This document shows positions 37,590 through 44,994 of a stretch of 51,335 nt of DNA, in pieces. The stretch's first letter is position 1, and each line of letters begins with the position of its first letter. The DNA is taken from NCBI GenBank assembly GCA_965372835.1, contig CBDVDV010000004.1, positions 1 to 51,335 on the forward strand, written 5' to 3'. A program made the position numbers and the translations under genes. The notes beneath the pieces were generated by a model. The model made no database searches. It had not been told where the DNA came from and saw only the letters and a program-made list of their open reading frames with translations. This stretch comes from an uncultured bacterium (GTDB lineage Bacteria; Planctomycetota; DG-23; CBDVDV01).

Positions 37590-38353
37590 AACTGCTGGTC
37601 ATCTCCGATTTCCACGGTGCCGGGGAACGGCTCGAGCCGATCAAGGACCGCGCCCGGGAGTCAAGTGTGGAGGCAGTCCTCTTCTGCGGCGACATCGTGA
37701 AAGGACACGCGCGCGGGGACGAGTGGCTCGCCGCCCGCCGGGAGGGCCGACCACCCCGACGGGACCTCACCAGCATCAGCAAGGAAGCCGGCGAGGACCT
37801 GACCCTCTACGACACCTTCTACTCCTCGATGAACGAACTGTCGGCGGCCACCTACGTGGTCCCGGGGAACATGGACGCCCCGTTCGCTCGCTACGGCCGG
37901 GTGGCCGAGGAGGCCCCAGCGAAGTACCCCCGGGTGCGCTTTGCACATCAGAGGCTCCTCCCCCTAAGTGAGGAGTTTGTGCTCCTGGGCGTTGGCGGCG
38001 AACTCAGTGAGAGGGAGCGGGAGGATTTTTTTGTGTTGGTGTTTCCGGAGTGGGAGGCCCGCTACGCGGCGGTCGCCGGCCGGGGGGCCGACCGCGCCCT
38101 CATCCTTCTCACCCATACCCCGCCCGTGGGAGCGCAAGTGGACCTCGACGCCGGAGGTCACAAAGGCTCCCTGGTGGTCAATCGGCTCATCGACATGCTG
38201 GCCCCCGCCTACCTTTTCTGTGGACACGCCCACAAGGCCCAGGCCCAGGAGCAACTGGCCGGCACCGTCATCGTCAACCCGGGCGCACTCAAGGACGGCC
38301 GGTACGCCTTGGTGGACACGAGCCGGGGACGGGTGGAACTGGAAACGCTGTAG
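37586..38353 (+). CDS. Metallophosphoesterase family protein
   Basis: MKLLVISDFHG...VLFCGDIV...VPGNMD...LLTHTPP...CGHAH. The start overlaps the polX stop (ATGA). Confidence 0.85.
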   Translation: MKLLVISDFHGAGERLEPIKDRARESSVEAVLFCGDIVKGHARGDEWLAARREGRPPRRDLTSISKEAGEDLTLYDTFYSSMNELSAATYVVPGNMDAPFARYGRVAEEAPAKYPRVRFAHQRLLPLSEEFVLLGVGGELSEREREDFFVLVFPEWEARYAAVAGRGADRALILLTHTPPVGAQVDLDAGGHKGSLVVNRLIDMLAPAYLFCGHAHKAQAQEQLAGTVIVNPGALKDGRYALVDTSRGRVELETL

Positions 38354-38375
38354 GTTCGAGAGCCTGGCGGAGCGC

Positions 38376-40193
38376 ATGAGGTATCTGCTGAGAAGGGTGC
38401 TGCGGGGGTCGCTGTACGTCGTGGTGGCGGCAGCTGTGGCTGTGCTGGTGCTGCCGTTCGTGTTGGGGGAACGGCCCCTCCCCTACCAGTTGGTGGACCG
38501 GTCCGTCGAGACGGGACTCACCTTTACCTATATCGGCGGTCGGGAGGGTCGCCGCTGGCACATTGAACAGACCGGCACGGGCATGGGGTTCATCGACCAC
38601 GACAACGACGGCTTGCTGGACGTCTACTTCGCCCAGGGCCACTACCTGCCCGGCTCTGAAAGAGAAGGCGAAGACATCCGGAGCCAGCTCTTCCACAACT
38701 TCGGCGAGGATGGCTTCAAGGACGTCACCGTGAACGCAGAGTGCGGCGACCGGGGCTACGGTCAGGGGGTGGCCGTCGGCGACTACAACAACGACGGCTG
38801 GGACGACATTTTCGTCGCCAACTACGGTCCCAATGTCCTCTACCGCAATAACGGCGACGGCGTCTTCACCGACGTGAGCGAGACGTCCGGGATCCGCCTT
38901 AGTCTTTATGACGACGACTACGCCAACTCCTGTGGCTTCTTCGACTACGACCTGGACGGCTACCTGGACCTCTACGTCTGCAACTACTCCAGTTACCGGA
39001 TTGAGACTCACGAGGATCTCTACAGCGACACGGGCATCACCGTCTACCGGGGGCCCCCCACCCTCCGGGGCCAGCAGGACATCCTTTACCACAACAACGG
39101 CGACGGCACCTTTACCGACGTCACCGTGGAGGCCGGGCTGGACGTCCGCTGGGCCGTGCTTCCCGAGGTCGGAATCTACTCACCCCGGGGCAAGGGGATG
39201 TCGCTGGCCTTCCCCGACGTCAACAACGACGGCTGGCCCGACATCTTCGTGGGCAACGACAACGACCCCCAGTTCCTGTTCATCAACAACCAGGACGGCA
39301 CCTTCACGGAGTCGGCAGAGATCTACGGTTTGGTTCGCAGCGCCGACGGCCTGTTCTGTAACCTGATGGGCATCGATTACGGTGACCTCAACGCCGACGG
39401 TGTCGTGGACTTCGTCTGTTCGAACTTCCACAAGCGCCCCCAAGACGTATATGTCAGTACGCCCGCAGGCGCCTACCAGGCCGTCGCCGAGGCCATCGAC
39501 CTCGGACGTCTGACCCGCGACTACCTGACCTGGGGCACGGGCCTCGTGGATTTCGACAATGACAGCGACCTGGACCTCTTCATCACCTGTGGTCACGTCA
39601 TGGATAACGCCGAGCTGGTCCAGAATCAACCCGTCCCCCAGCGCAACCTCCTCTTCGAGAACCGTTTCACCGAAGAGGGCGACTTCGCCGACGTCACCAA
39701 ACTGGCCGGTCCGGGCATGGAGCCCGTCAAATGGAGCCGGGCGGCGCTGTTCGGCGATCTGGACGACGACGGCGACATCGACGTCATCGTCGGCAACATG
39801 CCCCTGGAGGACAGGAACATCGACGGCCGTTGCAATGTCCTCATCAACGAGTGGAACGAGGACGTCGAGCCCAACAACTGGATCACCTTCAGTCTGCGGG
39901 GAACCATCAGCAACCGCAACGCCCTCGGCGCCCGCCTCTACCTCAGCGCCGGCGACCTCAAACTCATGGGTGACTGCAAGGCCACCTTCAGTTACCTGTG
40001 CGCCAACGACCGCCGGGTGCATTTCGGCTTAGGCCAGCAGACCCGGGTGGACAAACTGGAGGTGCGCTGGCCCAGCGGCATCGTCACCACGTATGAGGAC
40101 ATCCCGGCCAACCAGTTCGTCACCCTCACCGAACCCGACACCCCACCAGCCGGCACCACGCTTCGGCGACTCAGGAAGAGCATCGAACGGTAG
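38376..40193 (+). CDS. CRTAC1-family protein (FG-GAP/VCBS repeats + ASPIC/UnbV C-terminal domain)
   Basis: N-terminal TM anchor; repeated D.DNDG..D.(F/Y)V motifs; C-terminal NALGARLYLSAGD...RVHFGLGQQTRVDKLEVRWPSG. I use ATG 38376; the track start 37968 overlaps the previous gene. Confidence 0.85.
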   Translation: MRYLLRRVLRGSLYVVVAAAVAVLVLPFVLGERPLPYQLVDRSVETGLTFTYIGGREGRRWHIEQTGTGMGFIDHDNDGLLDVYFAQGHYLPGSEREGEDIRSQLFHNFGEDGFKDVTVNAECGDRGYGQGVAVGDYNNDGWDDIFVANYGPNVLYRNNGDGVFTDVSETSGIRLSLYDDDYANSCGFFDYDLDGYLDLYVCNYSSYRIETHEDLYSDTGITVYRGPPTLRGQQDILYHNNGDGTFTDVTVEAGLDVRWAVLPEVGIYSPRGKGMSLAFPDVNNDGWPDIFVGNDNDPQFLFINNQDGTFTESAEIYGLVRSADGLFCNLMGIDYGDLNADGVVDFVCSNFHKRPQDVYVSTPAGAYQAVAEAIDLGRLTRDYLTWGTGLVDFDNDSDLDLFITCGHVMDNAELVQNQPVPQRNLLFENRFTEEGDFADVTKLAGPGMEPVKWSRAALFGDLDDDGDIDVIVGNMPLEDRNIDGRCNVLINEWNEDVEPNNWITFSLRGTISNRNALGARLYLSAGDLKLMGDCKATFSYLCANDRRVHFGLGQQTRVDKLEVRWPSGIVTTYEDIPANQFVTLTEPDTPPAGTTLRRLRKSIER

Positions 40194-40205
40194 GCTGGTG
40201 GGGAA

Positions 40206-40232
40206 CCGATTCGCCGAACGGCGAACTCCGCT
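40206..40232. repeat. Copy 1 of 27-nt palindrome-containing repeat CCGATTCGCCGAACGGCGAACTCCGCT
   Basis: 26/27 identical to 40666-40692. Core is TTCGCCG-AA-CGGCGAA (7-bp arms). Lies between the CRTAC1 stop and the nfeD stop. Confidence 0.8.
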
Positions 40233-40237
40233 GGGTG

Positions 40238-40265
40238 AGTTCGGTCGCGTGTCGGCCGAACTTTT
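40238..40265 (+). terminator. Candidate intrinsic terminator after the CRTAC1-like gene
   Basis: AGTTCGG (40238-40244) and CCGAACT (40256-40262) flank an 11-nt loop, followed by only TTT. The T tract is weak. Confidence 0.3.
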
Positions 40266-40283
40266 CCCGGTCTGCCGAGCGTT

Positions 40284-40655
40284 TCAGCCGGAGGTAGGGG
40301 GATCCCCGGTGGCTTGGCGGACGATGACGCGTTTGCCTTCCACCGCGGTCACCACAACGGTGGCGCCCTGGGGGACGAAAGTGGCCTCGGTGACCACGTC
40401 GATGCGCTGGTCGCCGAACATGGCTGTGCCGGCCGGTCGCAGGGAGGTCACCGCGACCCCGCGGCGGCCAACGAGTTCCGCCGGGTCCACCGACACGTCG
40501 GGCGTCGGTTGGTTTGGAGGCAAGGACTCACCGAGAACCAGCCCCTTGCCTGTTCGGCTGCCCCAGCGGAGCACCACGACCACAATAACGATGAAGACGA
40601 TAAACGCCAACACCAGCCCTACGACCACGACGGCAATCTGCTCCAACGGCGTCAC
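40284..40655 (-). CDS. NfeD-family protein (short form: TM + OB-fold C-terminal domain)
   Basis: C-terminal LVGRRGVAVTSLRPAGTAMFGDQRIDVVTEATFVPQGATVVVTAVEGKRVIV is the NfeD OB-fold. GTG 40655 has GGGAGG 6 nt upstream. The track start 40742 would translate through the palindromic repeats. Confidence 0.8.
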   Translation of the reverse strand: MTPLEQIAVVVVGLVLAFIVFIVIVVVVLRWGSRTGKGLVLGESLPPNQPTPDVSVDPAELVGRRGVAVTSLRPAGTAMFGDQRIDVVTEATFVPQGATVVVTAVEGKRVIVRQATGDPPTSG

Positions 40656-40665
40656 CCCTGGCCTC

Positions 40666-40692
40666 CCGATTCGCCGTACGGCGAACTCCGCT
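40666..40692. repeat. Copy 2 of the 27-nt repeat (CCGATTCGCCGTACGGCGAACTCCGCT)
   Basis: Lies 11 nt upstream of the preferred nfeD start on the minus strand. Single A/T difference at the palindrome centre. Confidence 0.8.
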
Positions 40693-40717
40693 ATTCGTTT
40701 CCCGGTTCTCCACTCCA

Positions 40718-40734
40718 ATTCGCCGAACGGCGAA
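40718..40734. repeat. Copy 3 (17-nt core ATTCGCCGAACGGCGAA)
   Basis: 17/17 identical to 40209-40225. Confidence 0.75.
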
Positions 40735-40957
40735 TGGAACAAGGCTACCTATGATGCCCCGCCGGGGCCCCACCTGTCAACCCCATAGGGACTCGTATTG
40801 ACGTCTGTATTGTCAAAGGAGCAAACAGGGAGATCCTGTGGCGGGCCCCGGGCGGTGTCCGTGCCACCCGGCGAGTCGCTGGACCGGTCGGAACTTGACC
40901 ATCCGTCCTCTCCTGCTATCCTGACCTTCACCCTCACACGGAAAAGGAAGGAAGACC

Positions 40958-41476
40958 GTGCGGATTACGTCGGCTGCGTACGAACGCTCCGTCGAGCAGT
41001 TCCTGCGTACCCACCGCCTCCCGTATCTGGCCATCAACCAGCGTCGACGGCCCCTCAGCGCCCAGGGGCCCATCAAGAACTTCGATTTCCTCGTCCACGC
41101 CCGTTCCGGCCAGCACTACCTGGTCGAGGTCAAGGGTCGCCAGTTCCCCTACGTGCTCCGCGGCAAGTCAGTGTACTGGGAGAACTGGGTGCACGAGGAA
41201 GACCTGGACGGGCTGCGACTCTGGCGCGATTACTTCGGCTTCGGCTCTACCGGGCTGGTGTGCTACGCCTACCTCATTACCAAGCCCGAGCACGCCGACT
41301 CTTTCCCCTCGCGGTCCTCGTGGCAGGGACGAGAGTTCGGGCTGGTGGCACTGACCCTGGAGGAGTTTCTGCGCTGGAGCCAGCCCCGGTCCTCGCGCTG
41401 GAAAGCCAGACACATCCCACCGGCCCAGTTCCGCCAACTCATCCGTCCCCTGGGATACTTCCTGCTGGGGGCCTAA
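40958..41476 (+). CDS. PD-(D/E)xK nuclease-fold-like protein (HYExAFE-family-like)
   Basis: GTG start with an AAGGAAGGA SD. N-terminal AAYERSVEQFL resembles the HYExAFE signature as I recall it. NFDFLV...HYLVEVKGRQ gives a D...ExK arrangement. Confidence 0.6.
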   Translation: MRITSAAYERSVEQFLRTHRLPYLAINQRRRPLSAQGPIKNFDFLVHARSGQHYLVEVKGRQFPYVLRGKSVYWENWVHEEDLDGLRLWRDYFGFGSTGLVCYAYLITKPEHADSFPSRSSWQGREFGLVALTLEEFLRWSQPRSSRWKARHIPPAQFRQLIRPLGYFLLGA

Positions 41477-41576
41477 ACCTGAGCGCGCTGAGGGGCGCCC
41501 GAGCCCTGCCACGGGCGTCGGTTCCGCGGCTGCGTATCGGCACTACCCGTGGGAAGCGGGCGGGCGAGTCGGTTGC

Positions 41577-42341
41577 TCATATGGGTGGGAGCCGCTCGAT
41601 GCGCGTCCCCACAGGCGGGCTGAACTGGAAGAGGTCCGCAGTCAACTCGGGGTTCAGTTCGTAGCCCCAGTACCGGTTTTCCCGGTGGTGGCGTACCAGC
41701 CGACCGTCCTGCAGCCGGGCCCCCTCGACCTGTATTCGCCTGACCAGAAAGTCACGGGCGTCCACCCAGGTCGTGTGTCTGGTCCATGGACCACGACCGT
41801 CCGGGGCCCCCTGGCTGATCTCGATGCGGAACTGCTTCCCCTTGCGCGTGCGCACTTCCTGAACCTGCAGGTTCGGACCGTACACGGGCACATCCAACAC
41901 CAGCGCCAGCGGCCCGTAGCGAACCACACGCGCGGCCAGTTCCTCCTGGGTCTCCCGTGAGACAGGTCGCAGGGTAGCTACCCCCTCATCGGCCCGGTAG
42001 ACCCAACTGTCCTGGCCGTCGCTGACCCGCACCTCGTGACTGGCACCACCCAGGGGCTGGAAGGAAATCTCCTCTTCCAGGCGAACCGCCAGCCCCCACA
42101 CCCAAGCCGTGCCCCGCCGGATCCTGGTGGTCTCTCCTTCGGTGACCCGGACCTCAAACTCCAACTGGCAGGAGCGCAGTTCCAGAGAGCGTTGACGGAT
42201 GGCGCCAAAGAGTTTCGGCAGGCTGCCCTCGTACGGTCTGGACTTCCCCCAGGACCAGAACCTCAACTGGTCCAGACTTCCACAGCCCAGACAGAAGACA
42301 AGAAGCAGCAACACACTACCTACACAGGCCCGCCGTCTCAC
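41577..42341 (-). CDS. LolA-like / lipoprotein-sorting-fold lipoprotein
   Basis: Lipobox LVFCLGCG, beta-rich body, C-terminal ...ADLFQFSPPVGTRIE typical of LolA-like barrels. Confidence 0.65.
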   Translation of the reverse strand: MRRRACVGSVLLLLVFCLGCGSLDQLRFWSWGKSRPYEGSLPKLFGAIRQRSLELRSCQLEFEVRVTEGETTRIRRGTAWVWGLAVRLEEEISFQPLGGASHEVRVSDGQDSWVYRADEGVATLRPVSRETQEELAARVVRYGPLALVLDVPVYGPNLQVQEVRTRKGKQFRIEISQGAPDGRGPWTRHTTWVDARDFLVRRIQVEGARLQDGRLVRHHRENRYWGYELNPELTADLFQFSPPVGTRIERLPPI

Positions 42342-42567
42342 CCTCGTCCTCCTTGTCGCTCAGGTGACCTGCTGCACCTCCTCCGATGGCAGCCTACCGC
42401 CGAACGAACCACCAGTCAACGGAAAAGGCAGGCGGCGCTTTCCCGCGGGTCGTCGCTCCCGGAGCCGGTGTCGCAAGCGCCCGCGGAGCGGGAGGCATGG
42501 GGAATGGCGGTGGACGACGGATGCAGGCGCGAGTATACTGGTAGTTGGCGGGCGGGCTGGGTCTACG

Positions 42568-42583
42568 GACCGAGCGCTCGGTC
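42568..42583. promoter_or_regulatory. Perfect 16-bp palindrome GACCGAGCGCTCGGTC in the ykgJ-spoIIE leader (candidate operator)
   Basis: Lies between a TGGACG-17-TATACT promoter-like element (42511-42539) and ATG 42612. Confidence 0.3.
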
Positions 42584-42611
42584 TCTGCACTTATCCGCTT
42601 CGGGTGAAGTG

Positions 42612-42947
42612 ATGGCTTTCGAAGAAGTGTGTCGGCGCTGTGGTCGGTGTTGCGCCAGCAAGGTGCTCATTGGTGAAGAGGTGCATTACACGCCCTTTTC
42701 CTGTCGCTATCTGGATATGAAAACCCATCTATGCACGGTTTACGACCGGCGCCACGAAACCAACCCCGAGTGCCTGTCACTGGAAGAAGGCATACTGCTC
42801 GGGGTGTTTCCCGCTGACTGCCCGTACGTCCAGGATCGTCCCCACTACCGACCACCTCGCGAAGAGCATACCAGCGTGCGCTCGCTGTTCGCGCTGCTCA
42901 AACAGGCCGACGAAGACCCCAGCCGCCATTCAGGGGGGCGAGGGTGA
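42612..42947 (+). CDS. YkgJ-family cysteine-cluster protein (UPF0153)
   Basis: MAFEEVCRRCGRCCASKV...FSCRYLDMKTHLCTVYDRRHETNPEC. I use ATG 42612; the track start is 42036. Confidence 0.75.
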   Translation: MAFEEVCRRCGRCCASKVLIGEEVHYTPFSCRYLDMKTHLCTVYDRRHETNPECLSLEEGILLGVFPADCPYVQDRPHYRPPREEHTSVRSLFALLKQADEDPSRHSGGRG

Positions 42948-44530
42948 GCCTGAGCATTCGCGTGGCGCTGTTCGCTTCGCTGCTGGCCGTGGTCTCGATT
43001 GGCGTCGTGGCCAGTCTGGAATACCGATACGACACTGAGGCCTTGCTTCACGTTCTCGGGGACAGCCTCACCGACGTTGCCTCACTGTCGGCCAACTTGA
43101 TTTCAGGCGACATTGTTGCGGAGATTCCTCTGACGCCCGACGTCACGAACCCGGCATACGTCGCCGTGGAGAGGCAGTTAGCGTACCTGGGAGACTGTCT
43201 TACCTTCGAAGACAGGCGCTTCTGCGTGCTCGTGCGAGACGGCGACCAGTTGGTGGTTGTCGTGAGCGCCGCTCCCAGGATTGCCGCCGGCACGCGCCTT
43301 CCTCTGGTGCCTGAACAGGGGCCGGTACTGGCCGGGCTGACGGCTGGCCACATGCACCGTGACGATCCCGAGTTTGGCCACCTGGTCACTGCCTACGCCC
43401 CCATCCGCCGAAGCGACGGTGCGGTGGTGGGCCTACTGGCGGTGGAAACCACCCCCAAGGAGGTGCGCCAGCACCGCCAGGAGACCCTTAGGCGCACGGC
43501 CTACTTTGCCCTGGTGGGGGTGGCCTTTGCCACGGCGCTGAGTTTGCTATTTGTGCGGTCGCTGCTTGGGCCCGTGCGCATGTTGGTGCAGGTGGCTCGC
43601 AGGTTGGGTGAGGGTGATTACGAGACGCCCGTCGAGGGCCGTGGGCCTGGAGAGATCGGTGTGCTTGCCGGCACCATGGAGGAGATGCGTCAGGCGCTGC
43701 GACAGCGCATCAGCGAACTGGACAATCTGAACCTGGACCTGGCTCGGCGGGTGCAGGCCTCCATCATCCCCAAGCCGCAAAGGAGCGAGTGGATGGAGGT
43801 GGCCGTCGCCTACCGGCCCCTGGTGGGCGTCGGCGGCGACTACGCTCACATCTACTTCGCCGCCCCGGACGTCCTCTACGTCTGCATCGGCGACGTGACC
43901 GGTCACGGAGTGCCAGCGGCGCTGCTCGTCAACCGGGCCCACAGCCTTATCGATCAACTGGTCCACTTGCAGCTCTCCCCGGACGAGATGCTCCGCCGGA
44001 TTAACACCGCCGTCCTTTCCAGTTTCCAGCAGGAAGCCACCTTCATGACCTTTCTGTGTGCCAACATCAACCTCCAGTACGGCCAGGTACTCTTCGCCAA
44101 CGCCGCCCACCCGCCGGCCCTCCTCTTCCGCCGAGGGGACGGGGAGGTGACCACGGAAAGGTTCGAGTCCCAATGCACCTTCCTCGGCATCCAAGAAGAG
44201 TTGGTCTGTGACATCGACGCGCTCGGGGCGACCGACCTGGTGGCTGGCGACCGGCTCGTCCTCTACACCGACGGGCTCACCGAAGCCAGCCGGGGACCCC
44301 GGCAGTTCTTCGGTGAAGAGGGTCTGGTGCGGGTGGTGCGAGAAAACTTCCATTTGCTCCCACAGGAGCTGGCTGAGCGGTTGCTGGCTGAGGCCGAGGC
44401 GTTCGCCGGTGGCGAACTCCAGGACGATGTGCTGGTGCTCGTGATCCACATCCATAAGGCAGGAGAGGACCGCCCGCAAAAGGCTCGGGCGGTCCGCCCG
44501 GCGACAACTCCCAGCCCGTCCGCCGACTGA
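42944..44530 (+). CDS. Membrane sensor PP2C/SpoIIE-family serine phosphatase with HAMP domain
   Basis: Two TM helices flank a ~170-aa extracytoplasmic segment. HAMP (VRMLVQVARRLGEGDYETPV...IGVLAGTMEEM), then the SpoIIE core GGDYAHIY...IGDVTGHGVPAALL...LVLYTDGLTEA. The GTG start overlaps the ykgJ stop (GTGA). Confidence 0.85.
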   Translation: MSLSIRVALFASLLAVVSIGVVASLEYRYDTEALLHVLGDSLTDVASLSANLISGDIVAEIPLTPDVTNPAYVAVERQLAYLGDCLTFEDRRFCVLVRDGDQLVVVVSAAPRIAAGTRLPLVPEQGPVLAGLTAGHMHRDDPEFGHLVTAYAPIRRSDGAVVGLLAVETTPKEVRQHRQETLRRTAYFALVGVAFATALSLLFVRSLLGPVRMLVQVARRLGEGDYETPVEGRGPGEIGVLAGTMEEMRQALRQRISELDNLNLDLARRVQASIIPKPQRSEWMEVAVAYRPLVGVGGDYAHIYFAAPDVLYVCIGDVTGHGVPAALLVNRAHSLIDQLVHLQLSPDEMLRRINTAVLSSFQQEATFMTFLCANINLQYGQVLFANAAHPPALLFRRGDGEVTTERFESQCTFLGIQEELVCDIDALGATDLVAGDRLVLYTDGLTEASRGPRQFFGEEGLVRVVRENFHLLPQELAERLLAEAEAFAGGELQDDVLVLVIHIHKAGEDRPQKARAVRPATTPSPSAD

Positions 44531-44544
44531 GGGCGCCCGTCGGG

Positions 44545-44826
44545 TCAGTACTCGATGACCTCGCTCAGGAGCGAGATGCTTATCACTTTATCGGTCCGGA
44601 CCAGGACGTTGACGCGGTTCTTCTTCACGCCGAACTTGCGGGCCTCGATGAGGTAGACTTCCTTAGTGGTGTGGGTCTCGCTGGCGTCGTGGACGTCGGC
44701 ATCGGCCAGGCGGATGAACCACTCATCGGCCTCGGTCAGCCGACCGATGTAGAGGTAGGGACTGGCGGTGTCCAGCACCACGTCTTGCCCCACGAGTTCC
44801 CGCAAACGCTTCACCATGCCTTCCAT
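44545..44826 (-). CDS. Small hypothetical protein (possible Sm-like beta-barrel)
   Basis: MEGMVKRLRELVGQDVVLDTASPYLYIGRLTEADEWFIRLADADVHD...VLVRTDKVISISLLSEVIEY. The upstream part of track ORF 44545..45204 is Pro/Gly-rich junk. Confidence 0.55.
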   Translation of the reverse strand: MEGMVKRLRELVGQDVVLDTASPYLYIGRLTEADEWFIRLADADVHDASETHTTKEVYLIEARKFGVKKNRVNVLVRTDKVISISLLSEVIEY

Positions 44827-44994
44827 CGGTTGCCCTTCCCTGCCAACTCCGCAGAGGCTTTCCCGTTGCTCGTCCTGCGAGCCTGCGCTATTCTCAGTTG
44901 CGCCCCTCGACCGGTCAAGGTCAAAGCCAGGAGGAACCTGCCTGCCGTCGTAGGAGGAGCGCGACCCGGCAGCGGGAAAAGGAGACCCCAGACC

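Noticed and set aside
40656-40742. N-terminal 29 aa of the nfeD track ORF
   Set aside because: It would be translated from two copies of the palindromic repeat. GTG 40655 has GGGAGG at ideal spacing and starts right at the TM helix.
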